Assembly (NCBI GenBank): GCA_002633005.1
Contig: NMRA01000323.1
Coordinates: 392,817-456,816, forward strand
Direction of reading: 5' to 3'
Source: Phoronis australis
Lineage: Eukaryota; Animalia; Phoronida
DNA length: 64,000 nucleotides
Both the position numbers and the translations under genes were made by a program. Within the stretch, counting starts at the first letter, position 1. The number at the start of each line of letters is the position of its first letter. The notes beneath the pieces are model-generated. The model made no database searches. It saw only the letters and a list, made by a program, of their open reading frames with translations, and had not been told where the DNA came from. Shown in pieces: positions 46,901 to 61,900 of this stretch.

Positions 46901-49900
46901 TCCCCCATCCCCTTTTCCTTCATATATTGAATACTTATCGTTTTACTGTATTGTATGGTTCGGTGTCAGCCTTCCGTTAATAAACACAAACTTCGTTGGA
47001 AACACGCCTGGACCTTTTGTTTGACAGCCAACGCTGCCTGATGTTAAAACAAAATTTCATGACCTGTGCTGCACAACATTATCTACAGTAGGCTTCATAA
47101 GGCTGCCAGTGGTGGAACACTAGTTTTGGCCACCGAAGATAAAACTGAGCCCTCACCTAAACCATTGTGCTCGAGTGTGGTTTTGATCACGTTTAAAACT
47201 ATTTCCTCCAGCTGGCCCAGGATTTCTTTCTCGTCTTCCATAACGGTCAGAAGCGTCTCGATGGTGTTCAGGATGCCCATGGCCGCCACTGCCTTGTCAT
47301 CCGAGCCGTCTGTGTCCGAATTAAGGACCTTGGAAAATGTTTCCGCCTGGGAGAGAAAACAAGCGTGCAGGACTTGATGTACAACCTGTGTATTGCTAGA
47401 CAGAGTTCACAAGAGGGCTGAGCAAAGTAACTGGCAGGGTTACCTTAGGTTACGAATAACGGGTTTCAAACAGGTTCTGAGAATGTGGGCACGTCATATT
47501 TGACTATTTGCTATTAAGAGTATAAATTAAGTCACGATTCCATGTATTGACAATAAGAAAAATACACAGTTCAAACACTGAGTAACCCATGACAACATTC
47601 ACAGAAATAACAATTCGTAATGATATGTTTTAAGAAAATAATTCAGATTTTCAGTCATTGGAGATTAAGAACATATATACGGTGGCTTGAAATGTGTACT
47701 GAAAAAAGCTATTTCACGAAAAGTGTAAAAAATTTCACAAAATGTTAATAAATATTTACCTTAAATTGCAGCATTTATCGAGCAACATATTTTAAATAAA
47801 TCAATAAATGAATCAAGACAAGTATTTCTGAGTCATGTACAACTTAGCCAGGTATGATTTAAGACTATTAAAGGCCTATCATGGTGCCAAAATGACTATT
47901 TTCATATCCAAAATACACGTATTACTGAAAAACATCAACATGCCGTGTTGTAACATACTCCAGCCATTGATTGAGTTGGCCTATTACTATACAGCAGCCC
48001 CATCACCATCCCCATTTAGCGCCAACAAAAACTGGAGATGGCGCTCGCACCAATCTTAGCCTATGACATTGACTCGGCTTTCACCGTGTCCCCATCGCAA
48101 CACAAAATGTTGAAGTGCGCACTGCACATCTTGTAGCCAGCCAGCTAGCCGTAGGAAGACTATCGTCAAAATATAGCTAGCTACCACTGTGTGTTGAGCT
48201 CCATTAGACTCAGAAATTTCACACAGCCCGGGTAGTTCTGCTCGTCACCTAGACGTGAAACGTATATCAACGTGTAGAACAGTCAAATAAACGTCATTTT
48301 GGTGCATAACTTTCTGTGCTTTTTGTAACCAAGAAAAGTCTGTCATCATTTTAAAAACAGTACACTCATCACATGCGCAAGCGCCATTTTCAAGAAATTT
48401 TGCGACATCTCTCAGGACATGATGATGGCTTCGCAGCAGCATAATTTGTTCTGAAATTCGATTTGCTGGTGTTAAAATACAAAAAACTTGTAACTGGATA
48501 AACCAGCTCCATTAATTTGTTGTGACAAGAATGCAACCTCGCGGAAGAGAAGAACAATTGATTGAAGGATCATGGAAAAAGAGACTGGCCAATATGTGAC
48601 AACATTTCATGGTGCTGAAATCCGGCGCAAAAGATCACACCACAATTTTCGCACCACAATAATGGTAAACGCCAATTTTTTCACCACCGGTAAATAATTT
48701 AGTTTACCCAAGAGTGTAGTTTTTTACAACAATAATTTTGTGTCGGATTTTATTTGGTCAGCTTTTTACCCACATCGACACAAAGCTGTACAATCAATAT
48801 ACAGCCTTGCGCCAAGCCAAGGCTGGAAGTAGAATAGATGTTACTGCTCTTAGAATTGTGTTGCCAGTCCTTCCTTGTTGTGGATGCAAATCTATTCCAC
48901 GCACGGCACATGACAGGATCGGCGCGGAAGTTCTACAAATGTAGTTGCCGCTTACCTTGCTGTACCCGTACCCCAGGCAACGCGGCATTTTAGCCCAGAG
49001 ACCGATAAGCAGCCAACATCCAAGAAATGACAATCAGCTATTGCGCAGTGAGGCTTCGGGGGAATTTTCGTTGGCACGATGATGTCATATGTATCACTTT
49101 ACGATTGGTTGAGAATATCTCTGAGGCGCTTGAAGTTGCTACAAATTATGGGCAGTGTAATTTATGTCGCAATTAATTGCTTTCTGTGGAAACAAAAACA
49201 AATGTTTTATTCACAGATTTTCTGTCGTCAAAAGGGTGTTTTGGTTGCTGGAGGCTAACTTTTAGGCACCAGCGCGCTGCGCAGCATTAACTTACCAAGT
49301 GCTTTGTCATGTACACCACCTGCGGAGTAACCTCATCAATGAAAGTGCATGCTAATTTCTGGAGGACCGTTGTCATGTCATCATTCTCCGTCTCGCGGAT
49401 GATTCGTAACAGCTCCATCACAACGGGTTCGATGTGAGGACGAACAAAGTCCCTGGCTGTAAATGTAGCATGACTACATTGAGCACCGAAGCAAAGATAT
49501 TTGCGGGTCTTTTCATCAGTCAACACAACTGACCGTCACAACATTGACAAGCTCATGTTTCAAAGCCATGTGTTGTTCCATCATTTCCATAAATAACAGT
49601 GAGGTTTTGAAGCGTTTTTAATAACACCAATTTAGCACTGAACTCGCTTATTTTACACAAGTTATGCTGAGGTAAGATTTACTACCGTAATTTGTTCATG
49701 CCAATTTCAAATTCACGGTCTCAATCTCATTACTAAATAAGTCTTAAGGGGACATTTTAGTATCATGGCCAGAAACCCACTTTTGGAATTACTGTTGGAT
49801 GGATTAGATTTTTCGAAAATATTGGATTTGACCAGAGCAATAAATAAATCTGATTGTGTTTGTTGGCCACCAGGAAAAAATTCCAAGTCGCCACAAAGTC

Positions 49901-52900
49901 GCCAGTTCGAGCATCAAAGACAGACAATAATTCCTTCAAAATTCATTTCAAAAATCGTGTTAAATTCTTGGCACTACGCTTAAATTACAACAGGAAGTAA
50001 ACACACAGAAGTCAGAATTGTTGGCAACAATCGGGCAAAATCCGTGAAATTCGCGCCACCAGCCCATGTGGTCGTCTGCGTTCTATGTTTCTTCACTAGT
50101 TCGTTAGCGGGAGGAGAAAGAACATACACCTCATTTTAAGCATTTATAGGGCGTGGAGGAGTGGAAGAGAACGGGTAACGTTACGTTATTTTGTTTTTTG
50201 AAGTCGACGAACTTTACTCCAAATCGGAAACCTCAAAATTCATTTCAGCGCCCGAGATTTTCAGTTTTGGCGACCTCAGATTTCGTTTGGCAGCCTGGAA
50301 TTTTACCCAGGTCAGCACAAGCGACATGGCATTTATCTTAGCATCGAGCGCTGCAACAAAATGCATTGTTTTTGCAATGTATTACAAATTTCTAATGCTC
50401 ATCGTTGTCTACCACATTCACTGAAATCAACACAGGCGACAACAGCAATTAAACGCATCTAAATTACCAAGCTTTTTATGGAGTGAGGTTTAGCTACGCC
50501 AGAAGAACGTTAGACCGCCACAACCGGCTTCCAGTTTTTATTCCGCTCCGAGCCGATCGCGCCGGATATTGTCCCTTTAAGGAGCATTACGAACTGTCAG
50601 AGTCACGTAAGCAGAAAATGGGTGGCAGCAGAGTACTTTAAATATTCAGCCCAAAATCACAGAATATGTTTAGACTAATAATGTCATTAACGCAAGGATG
50701 TTGGACCTGATGGAGAGCGAAGGCAATCTGAGAACTAGAAGAATCCAGGTTATACTGACCAGGAAGAATGGCAAAGTCATAAATGCTCGAGAGTGCAAGT
50801 TCAGTTGCTCAGAGCTTGGAACAGCTGATCACCTAATGATCATATCTGGAGAGGACAGCTGCTATGAGGAGCCTAAACCACTTAAGGCAACAATTCAACT
50901 GGTTGTATTAGAATTTAATTTTCGTGCTTGCAAACCTGCCAACTTTAAAGACTCACATTTCTCTTGCTCTGTGATCAGTTTCTGCAGACCAATAGCCGCC
51001 TCTACTTTCACCGGTAGGTCAGTGTCGGTCAGGAGGCAATTCCCAAGGTGTTTTGTGGCGGTTTCCAGGTTATCCTTGTTCTTAAATTTGATGTCACAGA
51101 AGTAGTGAATTGTCCAGCAGGCCTAGAAACAACAAGACCCGCGTAAAATTACACACAACATTAATTACTAACATGCGCCTCACCTCAACTGATTAAGAAA
51201 AACGGACACGAGGGTGATGACTTCACAATTCTCCACTAAGCAGTCAAAATAACATCGGCACAGCAATGCATCTCATCATTTGTTGCACATCTTTCCAATA
51301 CAGCAACATCAAGAAAAGTGACAGAAAATCAGGACTTGAATGTAGTCAAGAACTAAGAGGTTTCCCGCTCATATATTCTTAGGGCAGTTCAAACTGCGGG
51401 ACAATGGACTGCAGCTGCTGGCTCTTGAGTACGACCACAAGAGCTTGCAGACTTGGCAACATTAACTGACTTTACAACCCTTCTCATCAAGACAGGTAAT
51501 AAATAATTACACGACAGAATTCTGGGAAGGAAAAAAATTGTGCGACTGCGTAACAGCTACCTGAGTGATTTTGCGTTCAACCGGAAGCGAGAGTTCGTAA
51601 AATGTGACGCGCTATAAAGGAACAGCCAGCACTTCTGAACTAACAGAAACAAACCAATTGCACACCACGGACAACATACCCTTGCTCTCAGGAAACCATG
51701 CGGACTCTGGAACTCCGGGAAAATATACTTCACCAGTATGTTTTCAACTTGATCTTTGTATATCTTTTTCTGAAACGTAAAAGTAAGTGTCAATATGTAT
51801 TACTAACTTGATAGGCGTTAAATTACGATTCAACTGTGCCACAAAAATATCCCTACAGGCCATGTCTTCACTCAAAGGTAAAGCTTAATCATCTGCAAAA
51901 ATTTGTGAAATGGGCACAGGTGGAAACAGAAAATTTGCAATTCCGCCTCCCCCCTCCCACCCTGCTTCTGTTCTCACCCACACTGTAATCAATGTCTCCA
52001 ACAATTATTCAGTTATCACTCTTTTAAGCAAATGTGTCAAATTCTTGAGAATGCAGTAAGAACTTCATGAGTGAGACGCGTCTTTTCCAACACCCGGAAG
52101 CTCCGCCTCCTAGCTAAAAGTTAACAAACAACCAATAAGTTTTACCCGTGTTGTTTGCAGGGTAAAATGGCGGCCTGGAAACGAAGGTGTGGCAAGAATG
52201 CTGCGTTCCGATTGGTCAGTTGAGCTGTCACTCAAAATCCTGCACCCTAAGCTGCAATGCACCAAATTACAATGATACCGACGTTTCTTACCCTACCCAA
52301 AGTGGACACAAGTTAGATCAGCTTGTTTGTGGAAATTTCAAAGCACTACCTTGATGAGAATGTCTCCGATGGAGCCCAAAATGTGCAAAATGCCATCCTT
52401 CTGACGCGGCAGTACGTCGGCCTTGCCCAACATGTCCATGCAGAAGCCCATCGTTTTCTGCAACACCTGCTTCCTCGTGGATACAACGCTGTGTAGCAGC
52501 GACTGCGCTGCCGTTGTTGGTGACAGGAACTCCTCGAACACATCTGAGGAAAACATCCGGGACACAATGCAATCGTGGGCAAACAAGTTGACGAAAACTC
52601 TCCTCGTAAACTGATAAAATGCCGAAGCAAAAAATTCCAGACAATTGCGGGGATTTCATTCGTGGCACTAATGTCCTTTTCCAAATGCATTGTGGCATGG
52701 TTGGCAACTCATTAACAGAAGGTGACATCACACATAACTTGATGACGCAGAGACAATTTTACAGAAACCAACATTTGTCACTTGAGCATGCCACAATTGA
52801 AAGCACGCGTCCACTGCAACATACCTTTTGGTGCGAACGTGACAGAGCAGCCATGACAGAGAAACCAAAGATTAAAAGGGAGACTCAACATGCAAAGAAT

Positions 52901-55900
52901 CAATACAAAGATCAGCAAAACTTGAGGCATGTACCATCTGATCATGCTAAAATTAAATCTCACCACCTAAAACGCCATCATAGTTATCTATGATGTCACC
53001 AGTCGTATACAAGCAGACAACCATACCACAATGCATTTGAAAAACGTCAGCATTTCCGTACATGAAATGCCCGAAATACTAACTGAAAGTCGATTAATAG
53101 CCGACATTCGAAATAGCTGCACCATATTGGAATTCACTATTTCCCCAGATGGTGATCAGGTCTTTGGTGGACAGGCATTCAACAACATGTAGAGCTCCCA
53201 TGTAATGCTGACAGGAGGTTTCAACCTTCTTGTATAAACAGTGCTATAACACCTTTCCTGTTTACACAATGCCCGCAAATTTCAACTTATGTGGTGGGAT
53301 GTAGTACTGCCTTACAAAACAGGAGCAATGCGGAGCGTCGATATGCATCCAATACAGCAACGCAAGCAGTGTGCTTCTAGGGGTGTGTGCAAGTGTCAAA
53401 AATGGACACTAGGTGACGCAGAATACGTCAAATCCATTCCACAAGAGCAACGCGGAGAGTTGAAATGTGCCCATGAATGCACTGCGAATGGTGTGCTTAA
53501 ATGCGGGTTTATTTGTATCATAAAAATGGCCACTAGATGGCGAAAAATATGTCCAATCCATCCAAAAACTGGTATATGTCATCAAAACTATTTACCAAAT
53601 TTCATACAAATCCATCAAGAAACTTCCCAGAAACTGAGGAAAACGGAAAAAATGAAATTGCCACTAGGAGGCCATGGGAGCAAAAAAACGTAACTGCCAC
53701 TAGGAGGCACCACAGTCGTCGCAAAATCATCATAAACTGTCCTCTTCACACTAAAACATACATGTCAATTTTCACAATCATCCTTAGAGTGGGAGTAGTT
53801 TGCTTGATAGACACCTGGGACAGGTGCCAAAATAGACTAAAAGACAGTAAACATGGCCAGTAGATGATGCAAAATATGTCGAAAACATCCGAAAACAGGA
53901 ACATGTTATCGTTTCAATAGAAAGCTATTTACTAAATTTCATAAAAATCCAGCTTCCGAGAAACAGAGGAAAACGGAAAAATGAAATTATAATATAACTA
54001 TGCGGGCATATAAAAAGGCAAACCTTTTGAAATATCAATGTATGAACATGGAGATCATGTTCCATAACCCAGCTGGTATCAAAAAGTTAAAATAAATTAA
54101 TAGAGAACTTAAAACTAATGGAACGGTCTGGCAGTGGAATTTATTCCTCTGCTCTTAAATCAGTGAACCCCTGCACAGTATTTCTGTCCTGACCACCAAA
54201 TCTGGGATCAATCGGAAGTCACATTCCTAATCTCATTACTCTAGAGAGCGCCGATATGAACAGTTTTTTATTGTGTTCACAACTACATAACACACTGGAA
54301 TGACATACAAAATGGGGTCACCCCATCTAGACTCACCGTACTTGGTGCGAATGTACTCAATGGGGTCGGCCTCCCAAAGTTCTTCGTCTTCCTCATTGTG
54401 ACACATGAGTGGAAACAACACTTCCTGAATTATAGCCTGCATGTGTTGCTTCAGGAATTTCCAGGAAACTGAGTGCCCGATGCTGAAATGGTAAGAGACA
54501 ATGGCTTGGCAAATACAAGTCAATGATTTGCTGCTGAACTTGACAACGGTGTGAGATGTTCTGTAAGTCAATTCAGCGAAATACTAACTGGGAGTCATAT
54601 AGAAAGCACATGCCAAACATAATCGGACAAATTCATCTGGACGTACGCTTCATGACAACCAAATACAAGCAGAATTCACGTTCACAGCATCTGGGATGAA
54701 GAGTCGTTGCCCACAGTGACAGGGACACGGAAATTTGCACACTTCCCTTTGGCAGATACTTGTACAGAAACGCATTGTGAAAATGTTAACGCAAGCCACA
54801 CAAGAATCTTAAAAAAAAACGGAGTCACAAATTGAAGAAAATGTGCTTGATCGTCATCCCTTGGGCATTAGTTTTAAGACCCGTCAGATAAAGGCAAACA
54901 CTAACAAAGTCGCTTCATCTGACTTGTCACCAAGCAAGTCATCTGCCCACTTGCAGTAGCAATCTTGACCACAAAATAGATGAAGAACTCAAAACGAGCA
55001 ATTTCTTGTGTAACATTGTCTTTTTCGTCCTTTGTTACATGAAACTACAATGAACTATGCATTATACATCATGCACTTTCAGATTTTAATACTCCTTACT
55101 TACAGCAAAATAACTGTAATATTTTCGAGATGGGGCCACCAGGGCTTGGAATGACCAATGACAAAACAGGAAAATTTTTCCAGGTGATGCATCATTCCAC
55201 AAATAGGCTTGTGTAATAGAAATATTTTTTGTGTTACAAACAAAATAAACATTTTTGCATGAATTATGTCAAAATAACAATAGAAAGACAACAAAAAGAG
55301 GAAACTAGCAATCAAGTAAGAGGAAATAGAAACCCAAAAAAGAGTAATTCCTCTTGAAAATTTCAAGCGTTAGTCATCCTAAGGGTAGCATCCACAATAA
55401 TTATTAAATACCATAACACAGAACTTACGCCATGGTCAGGTAATTTAAAGCCAGCTGTACCACGCGTGGTGCTACATAAACCTTTTGACGGTACTGATCC
55501 AGAACCTTCAGCAAAACTTCAAGGATGGGGCCTGAAAAAAAAAACAACGTACAACCTTCTAACGTCAACCCAAAAACAAAGTGTGACACATGAACAAGCA
55601 CTGGGTCACGTTTCAACGACGGACGACATTACGAAGACTAGATCACAGCCAGATGGACAACAGATTTGCAACCGAGGTGTTTTCTTTCGCCACCTACTGC
55701 TCCCAGTTAGCGTATTGGGAGAAGAAATTCCAGAATCTACTTTTAATTACTGCCTGTCAGTTTGAGAGAAAAACCTATTGGTGTTATGAGTACTTTTAGC
55801 TAAAGGTCAAGAAGTACAAAATTAAAAAATTAAGCTCTAATGGCACATCAAACGACCACAGTCAACAGACATACATGCCAGGAGTAAAACTAAATAACTC

Positions 55901-58900
55901 AGTAGGTGTCGCTAGTAAATAAGGTGCTTGCGACTAGTAAGCAAGATCACAGATCTACAGCATTGAGAATATACAGAGTTGGCGGTCAACGTAACATAGC
56001 ATATGCTTTTATCAATAATTGTGTTTGCCCAGTGTTATGGAGTAAGACAAACTGACCCGAATTACGTCAATTCTAAATTTTGTATTCAAATATTTAGCGA
56101 TGACGTATCTGCCACGATTATGACGCGATTTGAACCGATGAATACAAATCCACAATTCCATTATATTTTCTAAAACTTGCAGTTCATGCAATTTTTCTGA
56201 TCCAGGTTACAAAAACAAAATAATTGCAGGTGGTTTGATACACATTGTACCAGATGTGTGCAAGCCGCTCAAGAGGGCTCATTGCACTGATCACTTGGAA
56301 CTATTTTCATGCTTTACTAATATAAAGCTAACAACCAAGCCGAGGACCTAGAAACTCAACTCAAGGGTCTAGCAGTGTGCCCCAGTGGCACTCAAACGCA
56401 CGACCTTGAGTCAAGGAAGCAGACAGTAATCCCACTAGGCCATACTACCTCCCTTCAGACTCAGGTAAGCATGGGGCAATTTTTTAACAAAATTATGCAT
56501 TTTGGATTTAATCAGTGTGCTATGCCAACGGTTGCAACCACTATGCTACGGGGGAGTTGAGAAAGATTGACCGGGTCCACAGCCGCAAAATAATTGTTGA
56601 AGTACTTAGTAGTTTACAGCGCTACATAAATCTGTCTTAATTCTTGTTTTAAATTTTGGCAATTTAATTTCATATCATTGGGTCGAAAACATCAGAATGT
56701 CATACTAAACAAGCGAATAATTAACAAGAGCCAAAAGAATGGCAACTGGCGACTTAGAAGGTGCCAAAGGCAACTGGCGATTTGTCTTCTTAGAGTGAAA
56801 ATAACACTGAATGATTGGACTTCATCATTATTGAGCAAATTTGTCTTGTAAAGTCAAATTTGAACAGCCACATGACAGCCACGCCCCTTACCAGAAAAGC
56901 TGTTGAGATACCAATTCGAAAACTTCTGATATTCCTTTGTGACAGAGCCAGGGCTGCCATATCTGCAAGAATACAGAAGAGGCTTTGTCAACAAATTTGC
57001 AAAGTACAAACCTGTAACTGAGCGATGAAGACAAGTTTGTTGCAGGAAACAGAACAAAACCTGTAAAGTGCTTTGGAACACCTTTTGCAAAAAAATTATA
57101 AATCACATCAGGAACTTACTGCGAAATAATGAAAGCGGACATGCGGGTACAAGATAGGGTTCGTGGTTTGAGCGAGATATCAAAGAGGCTATTTGGGTTA
57201 AAGCCAGAACACCCTCAGTCTTTGAATAGACATCAAGAGGTCAGATGTTTGACTAAGGCCTTGTAGTTGTCTAAAAACACAGACAGAGGGTGATGGAAAT
57301 TTTCGTGGGGACCAGTCAGTCATCATTCCCCAGTAGGATCCAGGCAGCTATGCAACATTGGGAGAATTATTTTACAGTAAGTTCTTGAAGTTGTGATTTA
57401 TAATTTTTTAGCATCTAGTTATTTACCTGGATGAATGACACTGTCCATCGTCTGATATGATCACTATTTGTCAGGTATCGACATGTGGCCAAATTGTCAC
57501 TTCTGACCTTGAAGACTGAATCCAGGACGGATTCATAACAGCAGAGCATAATACGATAAAGTTAAAAAAAACAACTAAACGAGTACTGAAGTTTGTAACA
57601 AGAGCAAGGCGTAGCTTTCAAAGACAAACGACACAGAATCATAAACCTTACCATATACTAAAAACCAGTATTGCAAAATACATATTTTACAAAAAGTGGG
57701 AATATTCTAAACTCAGCAATAGATGGACTACTGTGGTTCTTTTGTTAGCCTTATTTGCCTATATACAGTACACAAGTCTTGTGAGCCCCAGCAGTGAGTG
57801 TGTGTGTGTATATGCGTGTGCGTGTGTGTGTGTAAGGAGCTCGCCAACTTGTCCAATTTATTCAAAAAATTACTAAAAATCTAGAATGGGCAAAATACAC
57901 CATAATCACCGTTCAAATGTCCTCGCCAGTATGTGCAGAGCCCACTTTTTAACTTTCCACCAAGGCAACTCTGGCCGGTCACTCTCGCTAACTTGATTGG
58001 TTCCCTGAAAATAGAGATCACCATTCTTAACATACTACGGAAGGATTCGGGTACATGATTTCAAATTACCATCAATATCAGTGTAAACAAAATACGGCGC
58101 AAAATGAAACAAGATTTAGATGATTGAACTGTTGCCAATATGCACCAATCGCCATACTGGATGTTGCACGATATTTGGAACGGCGATTTCATCAATCATC
58201 ATCAGGTGAAAGACTATCCCTGTTGAGTTGTAAACAGGTAAGTTAGTGACAACTACAATAATTTTTGGGCAATCGATTATCATTGCCTGGAGCTGAAGGT
58301 AACTTTGCACGGTTTTTAAATGTTTTCTGTAAGAGGAGGAGGACTACATCTGGCCCTAGAATTGAGCTACTGAGGGCCCTGGTGAGATACTGTTTCCTGT
58401 CACAGCAACCAATTCCACTTGGCAAAACTGACGCATAACAACACGTCATTATAATGTAATTCCTTTTTACAACAGCAGTTCCAGCAAAAAGCAGTCAATT
58501 CTCCCAACTTTCAAAGCGTCTATGACAACTAGTTCCACTGGGACAGCCTTCATGCCACGGAATTGGCCTATAGCAAGCTCCGCTCCCTTGCGAAAAGTCA
58601 CGCAAGACCCGACAAACAAACAATAAGTTTTAGCCCACGTGTTGTTTGTCGGGTAAAATGGCGGCAAGGAAATGAAGGTGTGTCTAGACGGCTGCATTCT
58701 GTTTGGTCAGCTAAGCTGTCACTCAAAATCTTGACAATAGGGCAATTCTGGGATCTCATGTCAGACTACTCTTAGCTCACACTATATGTGTCAAAAGGCT
58801 CAACACTTGGCGTAACGTCAACTCATCGAATGTCACCGGACAAAAATCCCAAACCGGCAAAGGGGAACTGAGATTGGCAAACCTTGGCAAGAGCCAGAAA

Positions 58901-61900
58901 TACAATAAGGGAAACACCTTGAAGTGAACAACCAGTTAATTCAGACGCTTCTTTTTTGCATGCTCGGTGACAGGCAGTTTTCTCTTCTCGGGCCCAATAT
59001 ACTGCACAGGCTCACCTCTTGAGGCAGAACACAATCACACTTAAGTTACCTGTGCACGACTCATAAACGGGCCCTTCTGATTTTGACTTGTCTGTCTACT
59101 TCCCGTATAGTATGTAGAGTGCATGCACAGCAACCCCATGGTGACGTGGGACTTCAATCAGAATGCGAACGAACTATGAAGTCGCATTTGTGACCTGAAG
59201 CTCATGAGTGCGCAACAAATTACCTCTGGCACAGGACTGTCGATAATTTGACTAACAAGCTTCATCCACCCCATGAAGGCTTCCTTGTTGACCAGTTGTA
59301 AGGAAAGGTGAAACTGAAACAAATTAGAGCAAAATTAAAAATATGGAACATTGCACAAATGTGTCTCCTGCTCCCTTGAGAGAGAATGAGAACCTGGATA
59401 TAGAGTGAACGTGATTGCCAGGAGTGTGCTCATATTTAACAGAAGTACAAAATATAGAAATGTCATGAATGATCTGCAAATTGAAACTTGATTTTCTTGC
59501 TGTGGCTTTAAAAATGAGGTCAAGTTCATCAAAATCACCTAGTGCGTAGAAGTGGCACACCTACGTATTGATATAAAAATGGTCTAAACCCTCCTTCTTA
59601 AGATATCATGCCCAACTATTGGAGTATCATGTGCCCCCCCAAAACATGCTCTGGTACTTGGTGACTGAATTCCCTGATCCCTGGAACTGGAATTTGGTTG
59701 TCACTAATAGGGAACATTTACCGTGGGTGTGTAGAGTTCAGGGCTACAAGTCCAGGGATTTGTAACCGAGGTTTGGTGTCTTCTGGTGCCAAGGCTTGGG
59801 ATGATCAATGACAAAAAAGAGGAAAATTTTCCAGGTGATGTATCGTTCCACAAAAAGGCTTCAAATAAAGGTTTTTGCAAGTATAAGGTTAAAATAACGA
59901 TAAAAAGACGAGAAAATAGGAAACTGGAAATCAAATAAGAGGAAATTGAAACCAAAAAAGAGGAAAACTCCAAGCCCTTTGGTGCCAGAGTGGAATTTAG
60001 GGGATCATCGCTGGAATAAGAGGCCTGACCATGGAACGTCACCACCTCTTGTTACAAGGACAGGAGATTTAACGTACGTGAAAATACTCCTTGTGGAGAT
60101 ATGGGTGCAAGTCAAAAAAGAAAGTTTTGTATACTTTGAGAATGTTCATAATAATCAACAGTGACAAAAACACATCAGAAAAATATCACGAATCTATTTC
60201 ATCTAGTTATTGCTACCAATGTCACTGTTCAAGTGGGAACCTTCGCTTATGGCACAAATCTCCTAGTTAATGAGTTACGATCTGACCATTCCCGAAGAGT
60301 CACGTTACCTGGGTCAGTGCGTAGAAGCACTTGAGGATTTGCTTCTGCACAAGGACAGCTAGATCTGATTGGTCAGCCAGTAGTTGACAGGCACGCTGAT
60401 AGATAAGCGGCAACAGTACCTGCATAGCTTGATTCAACGGGCCGCGTTCATCATGTCTCTTAAACCTACAAATGTTTCGGAGCTCATACATAGAAAGAGA
60501 CAAAGTGATAACAGAAAACCGATGCAATTCACAGAATTCGACTTCTTTCACGACATTTGAGGTTTTCGGGAATCCGTGTATTTCAGCAGTGGGTTAATAT
60601 TTTTAGTTTTTAATTACAAAAAAATTACAAAAGAAACTTCCAAATTTGTTACTGAAGACCAATTCTGGTCACTACTCGATCAACAATTGATCTGTTGCAG
60701 GCCTGCTCATGAATTGTACATTCATTCTTAAGGTGGCGCTGTTTTTTTTCCAGTTTCTGAAACTTGAGAAACAGTCAACTAGGCCTGCAGCGAGTTATCG
60801 GTAAAATGACTTATTTAATAAATTTGAAAACATAACACCCAGAATTTGCTACTTTTAAGAAACAGAATCGTGGGTTTGCTAACGGTTTCTCTGTATTTGA
60901 AGGCAGAAAATCAAGATCTTTCTATAAATTACTCAGTTGTCTTGGTTAATCAAATATTCTAGGACAGTGAAGCGATTAGCACTTGTTTTGAGAAACGTTC
61001 GGTGAAATCGTTATGCGCATCCAACGCTAAGTTTCATTATACGGTTCAAACTGACTAACTCCAGCAACCATCAAACCACCCGTACGCCTGTACGCACGCA
61101 CGCAAGCACACACACATGCACCCACACGCACACAACTAAACATAGTGTTATCAAGCTCCAACGATTCCTGCTAAAGAGAAACTGCCACCACTGGAAACAC
61201 AGCCCTTCAAATTATCCATCTTAATATCTCTATCAGGGCTTGGAATGACCAATGACGAAAAACGCGGAAACTTTTATGGCCCAAATCATGCTACCCGGCC
61301 TTGAAATGGTCGATGTGAACCTTTCCCCGACAAAAATCGGGAGGACTAAAAAAAAAAAAAACGTTACCATCATCAGTAGCATACGTCTGCGCCCGTTTAG
61401 CTCGTCCGTCCACTCCCAACCCACATTTTTGGTTGCAGAGCTGCAGTATTTGTTTACAACAACACGAAACGCCATTGAAAATCCTACCACGCTATCCCAG
61501 ATGCCCCGGAAATATTGACAATTTACGTTCCTCCGAAACATAAAGAGCAACTTCCGCTTTTCGAGGTGAACGTCGTCTGCAACGCCGCGGTAAGAAAGGA
61601 ATTTGCCGGGGAAATTTTATTTCAAATCCGATTTTTTTACGCGGAAATTTAATTAAATGCGAGGACAGAACATTTGAAAAAAGCGGAAATCCGCGTTTCC
61701 GCGGAAAATTCCAAGCCCTGCTCAATGACTACAGAGAAACTACATATTCTGCCACAGACCAATAGACACTTAGCTCACTAATTGCTTAATAAATAAAAGA
61801 CCAGGGAAAAAGCTTCCAAACTTTCTGTAAGATGCTACTCAGAAACCGACCAACCACATTGTATATTATTAGAAGGTTATCTCAAAGTTTGTCACATGAT

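Noticed and set aside
50695-50890. Stem followed by ACA in an IPO7 intron
   Set aside because: No valid H box between hairpins and the stems are short.
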